A stretch of DNA of 61,089 nucleotides, counting the filler. It is 6 parts of 6 records of this genome, joined end to end, with 100 filler letters (N's around TTAATTAATTAA, not from the genome) between each part and the next. Parts side by side here need not be neighbours in the genome. Positions count along the whole stretch, not along the records: positions 29,284 to 45,144 come from SRR31147125_43295; positions 45,245 to 53,674 come from SRR31147125_43299; 4 more parts are not named here. One strand, given 5' to 3'. A program made the position numbers and the translations under genes. A model generated the notes under the pieces. It was not told the origin of the DNA and did not search any database. It saw only the letters and a list, made by a program, of their open reading frames with translations. Positions 41,725 to 51,379 of the stretch are shown here, in pieces; the stretch's first letter is position 1; every line of letters starts with the position of its first letter.

Positions 41725-44477
41725 ATGGCTAAAAAAAAATCAAAAAATACCACTTTAAAAAAAGAGCTGTTGGCCACACTGATGCTCTTTTTGGTGGTTT
41801 TGACCACTGTCAGTCTTATATCCTATTCTCCACAAGATCCTTCCTTTAATCATCAGGTGTTTTCATCCACCCAGATACATAATTTTTTCGGACTGTTAGG
41901 GGCTCATCTTGCCGGAATTCTGGTTGGAGCTTTGGGGGTGTCTGCTTTTGGGATTCCCATCCTGTTAGCGATTTGCTCCTATCTTTTTTTCAAGCAGCCA
42001 AAGTCGGCGGGTTTTATTGTGATTGTATCCGGTGGAAGCATTATCATGGTTTCCACCGCGTCATTTTTCACAATTCTGATTGAAACCTATGAGCTGTGGC
42101 AAACCGATTATGCATCCGGGGGGTGGTTTGGACGCACCATGGCTTCGTTTTTCTTAAAATACACCAATACACCTGGAACGGTAATCATTTTGATGTTCAT
42201 TTTATTTGTGGGAGTATTGGTGAGTACGGGGCTTTCTGCAATGGCGCTCATGAAAGCCATTAATAATGGTGTCGGCTCACTGTTTTCGTTTGTGAAAAAG
42301 CCGGCTCGTCGGTTTGCTAATATATTTTTAGGGATTGGGAGAGGCATCAGGGGAAGGGCTTTGGGACAAATGCCAGGTCTTTCAATTAAAAGCATTACTT
42401 GGAATAGGCAGGGATATTCTTCTAATGAAGGAGAATCTCTTCTGTTGAATGATGAGTCCACTGAAAGGGATATGTCGGCCGTCTCTGATTCCGGCCATTC
42501 GATTAAGCATTCTGCTGTTGGAGGGGCGGACAGGCTTATTTCACCGGTAGGGGAGTTTGAAGACGGCTCCGGGAGTTTTGAGAATGTTGCACAGGACTTT
42601 ACGAAAGCTCGGGAAAGGTCCGGGGGCATATTTAAAAATGTACTAAAAAAGACGAGAAAGAAGAGTTCCAATAATGAAACGTCGACATTGAATAACCTTC
42701 AACGAGGCAATTCTGCAATAATGAGCAGTAAAAAGGCAGAAAATGGCCCCGCAATTTTTGAATCGGATTTTGCTTCATTAAATGAAGGGGAATTTATTCT
42801 ACCCCCTTATCATTGCTGAATGACAAAGAAAAAGAAGCAGAAGGTCCCAATCTCGCATCGCTTCAAATGAAAGCGGAAATTCTTGAGGAAAAACTCAAGG
42901 ATTTCGGCGTCAAAGGTGAAATTGTAGATATCCTACCCGGACCCGTCATTACCACGTTTGAATATCGACCTGCCCCTGGTGTGAAAATCAGTAAAATTGT
43001 GAACCTCACCGATGACATCGCTTTAGCTTTGAGCGCTCTGAGTATTCGGATCAATGCGCCTATTCCCGGTAAAGATGTGGTCGGGGTGGAGATTCCAAAT
43101 GATGAAAGGGAAATTGTTATACTCAAAGAGATGTTGGCATCTGAAGCGTTTATCTCATCTTCTTCAAAACTTACCCTGGGGTTGGGAAAAGATATCCTGG
43201 GAAAACCCTTCTCTGCAAAAATGGATCGAATGCCTCATCTACTCATTGCAGGGGCTACCGGTACCGGTAAAAGTGTTGGTCTCAACTCCATGATCATCAG
43301 TTTACTTTATAAAGCAACGCCTGATGAGGTGAAATTTATCATGGTCGATCCGAAACGGATTGAGCTATCCGTGTATGACGACATTCCCCACTTGATTTCT
43401 CCAGTGGTGACGGACATGAAAAAAGCCACCAATGCCCTGTTTTGGGCGGTACGGGAAATGGAGAGGCGGTATGAACTTCTTGCTGAAAACGGGGTGAGAA
43501 ATCTCACGCAATATAACGCATTGATAGTGAAGAGACTCGAAGAGATTGAAAAACAGTACGGGCAATCCAAGGGACGGGAAGATAAAGTGACGAACCCTTC
43601 CTTTGATGGTGAAGAAACCGGAAAATCATTTCATAAAAATAAGAACAAGCGGGAAGAATCAATCCTGGAAGAAGACCGAGAGCGGAGTGATAGTGATATC
43701 CCTTCCACTGAGAATGACTTCTCTGCTAATGCCAATGAAAGTGATGAAGTAACGATTCCCTTTGAAGGTGAAACAACAACTGATGAGGGAGAGTCTGATG
43801 ACGAGCCCGGTGTGATGGAAACGCTCGAAAAATTGCCCTACATTGTTGTCATTGTAGATGAGTTTGCCGACTTAATGATGGTTGCTTCAAAAGATGTGGA
43901 ATCGGCTTTGATTCGATTGGCACAAATGGCAAGGGCTGCCGGCATTCACTTGGTTTTGGCAACACAACGTCCTTCGGTCGATGTGTTGACCGGCATCATA
44001 AAGGCAAATTTTCCCACACGACTTTCTTTTCAGGTGTCATCAAGAACCGATTCAAGAACAATCCTTGACACAAACGGATCAGAGCGGTTGCTGGGAAATG
44101 GAGATATGTTGTTTTTACCCCCTGGGACAGGACGATTACAGAGAATCCAGGGGGCATACATCTCGGAAGAGGAAATTGCCCGGGTGACATCATTCCTGAA
44201 AAAACAGCAACAGCCCCAATATGTGGAAGATGTCACGGAAAAAGTGGACGAGGATACATCCGGTGGAGAAGAAGAGGAATATGATGAAAAATATGACGAA
44301 GCCGTGGCCATTGTCACCAGAACGCGTCAAGCCTCGATATCAAGCGTGCAGCGCCATTTGCGAATCGGATATAATCGCGCTGCCAGAATCATTGAGACCA
44401 TGGAACGGGAAGGGCTCGTTGGTCCCCAAGATGGCTCTAAACCAAGAGAGGTGCTTGTAAAAAGTTATGACGATTGA
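41725..44477 (+). CDS. ftsK: DNA translocase FtsK, split by apparent indel in C run near 42802
   Basis: 4TM N-terminus (SYSPQDPSF, NFFGLLGAHLA); motor domain PHLLIAGATGTGKS, VDPKRIEL, VDEFADLMM, LATQRPSVDV; gamma domain LRIGYNRAARIIE. Confidence 0.95.
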
Positions 44478-45090
44478 TTTGGCGTTCAGCCGTAGTATCA
44501 AGGGCTTTATGGATGATGAGGAAGCCATCAAGCTTCATGAAGTTGCATCGATTGCGTCACAAAGGGGGCCATGTCTGGAAATAGGGAGCTATTGTGGGAA
44601 ATCAACCTATTTCATAGGGCTGGCATGTCAAGAGTATGATAGTGTGTTATACGCTGTAGATCATCACCAGGGATCAGAAGAGCAGCAACCCGGGGAGGCG
44701 TATTTTGATCCGGATCTTTACGACGCAAAAATTGACGGTATCGATACATTCCCTCATTTTAGAAGGACACTGAAACGTGCGGGGTTAGTTGACAATGTTA
44801 TTCCTGTTGTGACATCATCTGTAACTGCAGGGAAAATGTGGGCAACACCGCTTGCCATGATTTTTATTGACGGCGGCCACAGTTTCGAGGTCGCAATGGC
44901 CGATTATGAAACATGGACACCTCATCTTATATCGGGAGGGATTTTGGTGATTCATGACATTTTTTTTGATCCGGCCAAAGGAGGCCAAGCCCCCCGTCAA
45001 GTCTATGAAACGGCACTCGATTCCGGACACTACGATTTGATCGGGATTACAGGCACTTTGGGAGTACTGAAAAAACGCAACTCACGTTGA
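44467..45090 (+). CDS. Class I SAM-dependent methyltransferase (Methyltransf_24-like)
   Basis: LEIGSYCGKST, AVDHHQGSEEQQ, IFIDGGHS, GGILVIHD. Confidence 0.88.
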   Translation: MTIDLAFSRSIKGFMDDEEAIKLHEVASIASQRGPCLEIGSYCGKSTYFIGLACQEYDSVLYAVDHHQGSEEQQPGEAYFDPDLYDAKIDGIDTFPHFRRTLKRAGLVDNVIPVVTSSVTAGKMWATPLAMIFIDGGHSFEVAMADYETWTPHLISGGILVIHDIFFDPAKGGQAPRQVYETALDSGHYDLIGITGTLGVLKKRNSR

Positions 45091-45116
45091 AAATAAGAGC
45101 GGAAGGAGCATAAGCG

Positions 45117-45144
45117 ATGAAAGTCTATCTTTGGAAAGGCAAAA
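45117..45144 (+). CDS. Start of possible PilC/type II secretion F-family protein (fragment)
   Basis: AAGGAG RBS then MKVYLWKGK, resembling deltaproteobacterial PilC N-termini; only 9 codons visible. Confidence 0.35.
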
Positions 45145-45244
45145 NNNNNNNNNNNNNNNNNNNNNNNNNNNNNNNNNNNNNNNNNNNNTTAATTAATTAA
45201 NNNNNNNNNNNNNNNNNNNNNNNNNNNNNNNNNNNNNNNNNNNN
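45145..45244. other. Artificial contig spacer
   Basis: N44 + TTAATTAATTAA + N44. Confidence 0.99.
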
Positions 45245-45335
45245 GATCCTCATTTCATTATCCTGGTGAGTTAAATTTTGCACATTGTATAAAGAAAATA
45301 AATCAGTTGTTTTTATATATTTCGGAGTGAATGGC

Positions 45336-47489
45336 ATGAAAATGTTTTTAATCCATACCCATTTGATCCTGGTCTTGTTAGTCTCTATCAGTTTTGGCCA
45401 GGATGAGTTAAAGGTTATGGCGGGACATGAGGAAGAATTGGGGATTTCTGAATTCATGATGTATGATTTTTTTATTAAGCAGGCTGATTCACTCCGAAAT
45501 AAATCAGCAATCGTAAAATCGGAGTATAAAACACCGGCAGACTGGAACGGGTGGCAAGAATTTGTCAGGGAGAAATTTATTCAGTCCATCGGCGCTTTTC
45601 CGGAACGAACACCTCTTAATGCCCGTTTTGTTCGTCGACTGGAAAGGGATACTTATTCGGTTGAAAATATTATTTATGAAAGTCGACCGCAGTATTATGT
45701 GACGGCAAATGTGTATGTCCCAAAATCAGCAACCGTCCCCATGCCTGCGGTACTCGTGCCTTGTGGTCATGGCCCGAGTGGTAAAACGTCTGAGGGAAAT
45801 CAACGTATGTGTATTGCGTTGGCGCAAAAAGGATTTGTTGTCATGACCTATGATCCTATGGGCCAGGGGGAACGCAGTGAATATGTTGATGTGGAAACCG
45901 GCAAAGATTTATACCGAAGAGGGACGCAACAGCATTCCCAGGCCGGTTTATTATGTTATCTTACCGGAACTAATCTGGCACAATATTTTATCTGGGATGG
46001 GATTCGCGGGATTGATTATCTTTGCAGTCGTGAGGATGTGGATTCTACAAGAATAGGCGTCACAGGTGTGTCAGGAGGAGGGACTTTGACCACTTTTATA
46101 ACGGCTATGGAAAATCGGGTAAAAGTATCGGTGCCTGTCTGTTATATAACCCGGCTGCAGGATCGGATGTCCAGAGAGGGTGAGGTTAGCCATGATTCGG
46201 AACAAAATATAGTGAATATGTTGAAATGGGGAATTGATATAGCGGATCTGCTTATGCCACACGCACCGAAATCCCTGTTGATTGGCGCCGGGCAACAGGA
46301 TTTTTTCCCGTTCAAGGGTGCGCTTTTAAGTTTTAATGAGCTACAAGAGGTATACGCGGATTTTTGCAAACCTGAAAAGATAGCCCTGGCCCAGGCCGAT
46401 GATGGGCACGGATATACACTGCCGCGACGAGAACGCATGTATGCCTGGATGTTACGCTGGCTGGGAAATCAAAATCAGCCATGGCGGGAACCGGACATTC
46501 AGGTGGAGCCGGAATCAAGTCTGTTTTGTACAGAATCCGGTTCTGTGGCGTTGAGTTTGGGTGGTGAAACAGTCTGGTCCATGAATAAAAAGTTTGCTGA
46601 ATCGACATATCCGCAACGAAAAAATCCAGCTGATATTCATGACGTGGAAAAAATGAAATCGGATGTTCGCGAAAAGCTCGTTGATCTCCTGTCCCTGCCG
46701 GTCCTGGAAAAGCACCCACAGGTAAAAACTTTTACACCGATAGAGCAAGATGGTATCACTATAGAAAAAATAGCTATCCAAAGCGAAAAAGGTATCTGGA
46801 TTCCGGGATTTGTTTATCATCCGGTTAAGAAACAATCTACTTATCCACTTGTTATGATGATACACGAGTTTGGTAAAGATCAGTTACATGAGGAAGCTAT
46901 AAAAAATGCCAGAAACGGCAGGATGGTATTTAGCTTCGATCCCAGAGGCATTGGTGAAACCATGGACACATTCCGGGGTAAAGGCATTACCAGCGGTTAC
47001 TATGACTGGGGCGCTGATGAAACCTCTTTTACCTACAGCTCCTTTATAATTGGTCGTAATATGGTGGGTTTACGGGTTTTTGATGTTTTGACTGCTTTGA
47101 ATTATATATCCTCGAGAACGGATATTGACAGGAAGAACATCACTCTATATGGTAAGGGACATGCCGGATTGATTGCTCTATTTTCTGCGGCTCTCGATGA
47201 ACGAATTTCAGCCGTTGTATGTGAGAAAACACTTGCTACCTACATGTCGCTCATTGATGAAAAAATGTATGATTGTCATATACAGAATTTTGTGCCGGGT
47301 ATTCTGTTGGAATGCGATCTGCCGCAGGTGGCAGCCATAGTTGCGCCGAGATCCCTGACTTTGATAGAGCCCATAGACGCGCAAAAAAATATTTTACCAG
47401 CTAATAAAGCGGAAAAGCTTTATGGAATCGCTCAGGAATGTTATAAAATAACGCGTTCCAAAAATTTCAAAATTGAATCTTTAAAGTAG
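45336..47489 (+). CDS. Secreted acetylxylan-esterase-like alpha/beta hydrolase with tandem hydrolase domains
   Basis: Signal peptide from ATG 45336; RTPLNA, YESRPQYYVTANVYVP, PCGH, YDPMGQGER, RIGVTGVSGGG nucleophile elbow. The second domain (DPRGIGET, YGKGHAG) lacks the nucleophile Ser. Confidence 0.85.
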   Translation: MKMFLIHTHLILVLLVSISFGQDELKVMAGHEEELGISEFMMYDFFIKQADSLRNKSAIVKSEYKTPADWNGWQEFVREKFIQSIGAFPERTPLNARFVRRLERDTYSVENIIYESRPQYYVTANVYVPKSATVPMPAVLVPCGHGPSGKTSEGNQRMCIALAQKGFVVMTYDPMGQGERSEYVDVETGKDLYRRGTQQHSQAGLLCYLTGTNLAQYFIWDGIRGIDYLCSREDVDSTRIGVTGVSGGGTLTTFITAMENRVKVSVPVCYITRLQDRMSREGEVSHDSEQNIVNMLKWGIDIADLLMPHAPKSLLIGAGQQDFFPFKGALLSFNELQEVYADFCKPEKIALAQADDGHGYTLPRRERMYAWMLRWLGNQNQPWREPDIQVEPESSLFCTESGSVALSLGGETVWSMNKKFAESTYPQRKNPADIHDVEKMKSDVREKLVDLLSLPVLEKHPQVKTFTPIEQDGITIEKIAIQSEKGIWIPGFVYHPVKKQSTYPLVMMIHEFGKDQLHEEAIKNARNGRMVFSFDPRGIGETMDTFRGKGITSGYYDWGADETSFTYSSFIIGRNMVGLRVFDVLTALNYISSRTDIDRKNITLYGKGHAGLIALFSAALDERISAVVCEKTLATYMSLIDEKMYDCHIQNFVPGILLECDLPQVAAIVAPRSLTLIEPIDAQKNILPANKAEKLYGIAQECYKITRSKNFKIESLK

Positions 47490-47569
47490 AATACATTTTT
47501 TAAAGAGAAAATAACCAGAATTAAAATATTACAGTAATATAACCAGCATACCAGAGAAAAAGGAAAAAA

Positions 47570-49240
47570 ATGAAACAAAGGTACATGAGTTTATGTCTTA
47601 TTTTGATGATTTTGGGGACTTTTATCTTTCAGTCCAGTTTGGCGCAGGTACCTGCATTTCCAGGTGCAGAAGGTTTTGGCGCCAACGCAATTGGTGGCCG
47701 CGGTGGTGATGTTTATCATGTGACAACCCTGGATAATGATGGTCCCGGTTCTTTACGATATGGTATCGAGAATGCTACGGGTCCACGAACAATTGTGTTT
47801 GATATATCCGGTACTATCGAACTTTTATCTTACTTGTATATCCGTAGTTCAAACATGACCCTTGCCGGTCAGACAGCACCGGGAAACGGGATATGTGTAC
47901 AAAATTATGGTCTCACAGTGAAAGCGGATGATGTGATTCTGCGTCATCTTCGTTTTCGTCCTGGCGATAAATATTTAGCGCCACATGACCAGGGCGGTTT
48001 TACTGAAGATGCTCTTACCCTCAGCGGTAACACTATTATTGCCGATCATATCTCCACATCATGGGGTGTGGATGAAAACCTGAGTTGTGGTACATCTTTT
48101 AATAATATCACGATCCAATACTGTCTGATTGCCGAGGGATTACATCGAACACTCTATTATCACGGTGAATATGATTCTACTCATAGTGGGCACAGCATGG
48201 GAAGTTTGATCAAGCCAAGAGGTATGGATGCAGAAGCCTCTCTGCATCATAATCTCTGGGCTCATAACAATAACAGGAATCCGGCCATTGGTTCGTATGA
48301 AGGTACAGAACACGTCAGATTTGATGTGAGAAACAATGTCATGTACAACTGTGGTCGATTTGGTTACAGCAGTGGCTCGAGTAAACAGGTGGATTTAAAT
48401 TATATTGGTAATTATATCATAGCCGGTTTTAGTACATCATCGAGCCAGGTAAGCAAGGCTTTTGATGCCAATGAGCCAAATCATATGCACATCTATCAAT
48501 TTGGCAATAAAGTCGACTCGAACCTTGATACGGTACGTGATGGCAGGGATATTGCCTGGGCCATGTTTGACGATACCTGGGTATCACATTATGAAGAATT
48601 TTCAATGCCTGTGATTGATACTCACACTTCGGATGAGGCTTATGCTGATGTGATACAGAATGTTGGTGCCTATCCATGGGCCCGGGATACTGTTGATGTG
48701 CGGATTATCTCTGATCTGAAAAATGGCACGGGCAAAATTATTGATTCCCAGACAGAGGTTGGCGGATATCCTGTTTTAGCGGTTGAAACACGGTCGGAGA
48801 ACTGGGACACGGATCAGGATGGTATGCCGGACTGGTGGGAAGAGAAACACGGATTCAATCGCGAGAATGCGGATGATCGAAATGACGATGTGGATGGAAA
48901 TGGATATACGAATCTGGAAGAATATATCAATAGCAACGACATATTAACAGGTATTCAGGAAGAATCAGTGCCGGATTCCTATGGCCTGGAATTACATAAT
49001 TATCCGAATCCTTTTAATCCAGACACACATATTTTTTATAAAATACCTTTTCGTGCTCATGTGAAAATGACATTGTGTAATATAACCGGTCAGGAACTTT
49101 TCGAGTTGGTAGATGAAATAAAGGAACCAGGAGAATATACAACTGATTTATCTGGTGCAGATATGGCAAGCGGACTTTATTTTGTTAAAATGAAAGCTGG
49201 TGATAAAATTGTGACTAAAAAACTATCTCTTTTAAAATAG
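47570..49240 (+). CDS. Pectate lyase (PL1-like) with C-terminal T9SS/FlgD-type sorting domain
   Basis: PAFPGAEGFG...GGRGG, GPGSLR, AGQTAPG, HLRFRPG, DHISTSWGVDE, HHNLWAHNNNRNP, DTDQDGMPDWWE, NYPNPFNP. Confidence 0.9.
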   Translation: MKQRYMSLCLILMILGTFIFQSSLAQVPAFPGAEGFGANAIGGRGGDVYHVTTLDNDGPGSLRYGIENATGPRTIVFDISGTIELLSYLYIRSSNMTLAGQTAPGNGICVQNYGLTVKADDVILRHLRFRPGDKYLAPHDQGGFTEDALTLSGNTIIADHISTSWGVDENLSCGTSFNNITIQYCLIAEGLHRTLYYHGEYDSTHSGHSMGSLIKPRGMDAEASLHHNLWAHNNNRNPAIGSYEGTEHVRFDVRNNVMYNCGRFGYSSGSSKQVDLNYIGNYIIAGFSTSSSQVSKAFDANEPNHMHIYQFGNKVDSNLDTVRDGRDIAWAMFDDTWVSHYEEFSMPVIDTHTSDEAYADVIQNVGAYPWARDTVDVRIISDLKNGTGKIIDSQTEVGGYPVLAVETRSENWDTDQDGMPDWWEEKHGFNRENADDRNDDVDGNGYTNLEEYINSNDILTGIQEESVPDSYGLELHNYPNPFNPDTHIFYKIPFRAHVKMTLCNITGQELFELVDEIKEPGEYTTDLSGADMASGLYFVKMKAGDKIVTKKLSLLK

Positions 49241-49258
49241 AATATAGAGAGGTGCCAT

Positions 49259-49828
49259 ATGTACTTGTTGTTTGACACAGAGACGACCGGTTTGCCACGT
49301 AATTGGAATGCTCCGGTTACAGACCTCAGTAACTGGCCACGAATGGTGCAGATTGCCTGGCTTTTAAAGGATGATTTTGGCATGGAAGAGGATCGCCGCG
49401 ATTATATTATCAAACCGGACGGATTTATCATTCCTGATGATGCGGCCAGCGTGCACGGCATCACAACGGAAAAGGCGCAACAGGAGGGTGTTTCACTAAC
49501 GACAGCTTTAGGTGAATTTGTAGAAGCGGTGGAACAGGCTAATATTTTGGTCGCTCACAACATGAGTTTTGATGAAAAGATCGTGGGCGCTGAATTAATT
49601 CGTGCGAATATGCAAAAGTTTCTTTTTCAAAAACCGCAAGTTTGTACAATGAAGGCAAGCACGAACTTTTGCAAAATACCGGGACGCTATGGCTATAAAT
49701 GGCCGACATTGGAAGAGCTGCATTGGAAACTCTTCAAAACACCTGCCAAAGAAACGCACAGGGCCATGGCCGATGTGAACCTGTGTGCCAGGTGCTTTTT
49801 TGAGTTAAAGAGGTTGGGGGTGGTTTAA
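49259..49828 (+). CDS. DEDDh 3'-5' exonuclease (DnaQ-like)
   Basis: LFDTETTG, VHGIT, VAHNMSFD, KWPTLEEL, HRAMADV. Confidence 0.92.
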   Translation: MYLLFDTETTGLPRNWNAPVTDLSNWPRMVQIAWLLKDDFGMEEDRRDYIIKPDGFIIPDDAASVHGITTEKAQQEGVSLTTALGEFVEAVEQANILVAHNMSFDEKIVGAELIRANMQKFLFQKPQVCTMKASTNFCKIPGRYGYKWPTLEELHWKLFKTPAKETHRAMADVNLCARCFFELKRLGVV

Positions 49829-50005
49829 GAGTTTAGGTTCCATATTGAGGGGGAATAGATTGTTTTGAGTTTAAATTAAACTGGAGGATGAATTTAAAGG
49901 CACTTTTTATTGTCAATATTAAGTAAAAAAGAATTAATAGATTAATTCTATCCAGCCTATGTTTTTAAATATTGTCAGGATTACGGCTTTATTAATGGAG
50001 AAAAA

Positions 50006-50314
50006 ATGCTCTCAATGGATAAAATCCTTCAAATAATCCGGGAATTTAAAAAAACTGTGAGTCAAAAATATACTGTTAGAGATTTAAAGTTGTTTGGCTC
50101 ATTTGCTCGCGGGGATTTTGATAAATCGTCCGACATTGATATAATGGTCATATTACCCAAGGTGAACAGGGAAATTGAAGAAGATCTGTTCGACATGGCC
50201 TATGAATTGGAATTAAAATATGAGTGTGTGATTGATGTGATTGTCCTTCCGCAGGATGTTAATCCTAATATCCCAATTTATCAAAGAGTGGCAAAAGAGG
50301 GGATCTCGATTTGA
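50006..50314 (+). CDS. Minimal nucleotidyltransferase (MNT)
   Basis: LFGSFARGDFDKSSDIDIMV motif; 102 aa. Confidence 0.9.
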   Translation: MLSMDKILQIIREFKKTVSQKYTVRDLKLFGSFARGDFDKSSDIDIMVILPKVNREIEEDLFDMAYELELKYECVIDVIVLPQDVNPNIPIYQRVAKEGISI

Positions 50315-50474
50315 GTCTGGATAATTCAAATAGATTGGTTTGGGAAATTTCACTTTATATTTACCGTTTAATATCTGCACATGAATTAAAGCAATATAAT
50401 ATATAATTTATGTTGCATAGAAATCAAACTTTTAATAATTTTATTTAAATAGGATTATATATCTAACTGTAATT

Positions 50475-50771
50475 GTGATTATGAATTGCTCTCAAATCCA
50501 AAAAATTTTACGTGACCAGTTGCCCAGGATTAAAGAGGAGTATAAAGTAAAATCCTTAGGCGTGTTTGGATCGTATGTTCGTGGGCAACAGAAAGATGAA
50601 AGTGATCTTGATATTCTGGTTACCTATATCGAAAAACCCGGTCTCATCCAGTTTATTGCATTGGAAAATTATCTGAGTGATTTACTAGGGATTAAGGTTG
50701 ATCTTGTTATGGAGAGTGCTCTAAAACCGGGAATTGGAGAAAAAATATTGTCAGAGGTCATATCGATATGA
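50475..50771 (+). CDS. MNT antitoxin (nucleotidyltransferase)
   Basis: VFGSYVRGQQKDESDLDILV, LGIKVDLV; overlaps the HEPN start (ATGA). Confidence 0.92.
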   Translation: MIMNCSQIQKILRDQLPRIKEEYKVKSLGVFGSYVRGQQKDESDLDILVTYIEKPGLIQFIALENYLSDLLGIKVDLVMESALKPGIGEKILSEVISI

Positions 50772-51127
50772 AAAATCGGTATGGAGATTATCTCAAGGAT
50801 ATTTTGGAGGCAATAACAAAGATTGAACAATTTTTAGAAGATTATCAGTTTGAATCATTTGCTGCGGATGAAAAAACGCAATATGCTGTGATACGAGCTA
50901 TTGAAATTATCGGGGAAGCTACTAAAAAATTATCCAAGGAAATTAAAAATAAACATCCGGAAGTACCATGGCGTGAAATGTCAGGCATGCGGGATAAACT
51001 CATTCATGATTATTTTGGTGTTGATCTGGACGTCGTCTGGAAAACAGCTAAAATAAACATTCCACCTCTCAAATCTGTTATTCGATCTATTGCGGAAAAT
51101 GAAGGGAAAAATAACCAGGTTTTATAA
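50768..51127 (+). CDS. HEPN/DUF86 ribonuclease toxin
   Basis: AVIRAIEIIGEA, PWREMSGMRDKLIHDYFGVD (RxxxxH). Confidence 0.92.
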   Translation: MKNRYGDYLKDILEAITKIEQFLEDYQFESFAADEKTQYAVIRAIEIIGEATKKLSKEIKNKHPEVPWREMSGMRDKLIHDYFGVDLDVVWKTAKINIPPLKSVIRSIAENEGKNNQVL

Positions 51128-51379
51128 GTTCACTTTTCAACATTTGAGATAAGGATTATTTGAGCCAACATATTGTGTTTTTGGAATAAATTAAAGAGTA
51201 AAATTACTTGATTATCTTCACTTGTCACTGTTTCGTTAAAAGTCCGCCATCCAGAATACATGAGTCTCGCTTTCAACTTTTTTCCAGAACTCGTTAAAAG
51301 AATAGTGGCTTTCAAATCCTAAATTTCGTTTTATGCTACTAAAATAGCTTTCAAACTTTATTATCAATGGAGGATCATT

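Noticed and set aside
29499-44477. Mass pseudogenisation (holB, nusG paralog, lptD, tmk, ftsK)
   Set aside because: Breaks are single indels, mostly in homopolymers, with intact motifs on both sides and no accumulation of internal stops.
51130-51315. 61-aa minus-strand ORF after the HEPN gene
   Set aside because: TTG start, no RBS, no motif; probably spurious.
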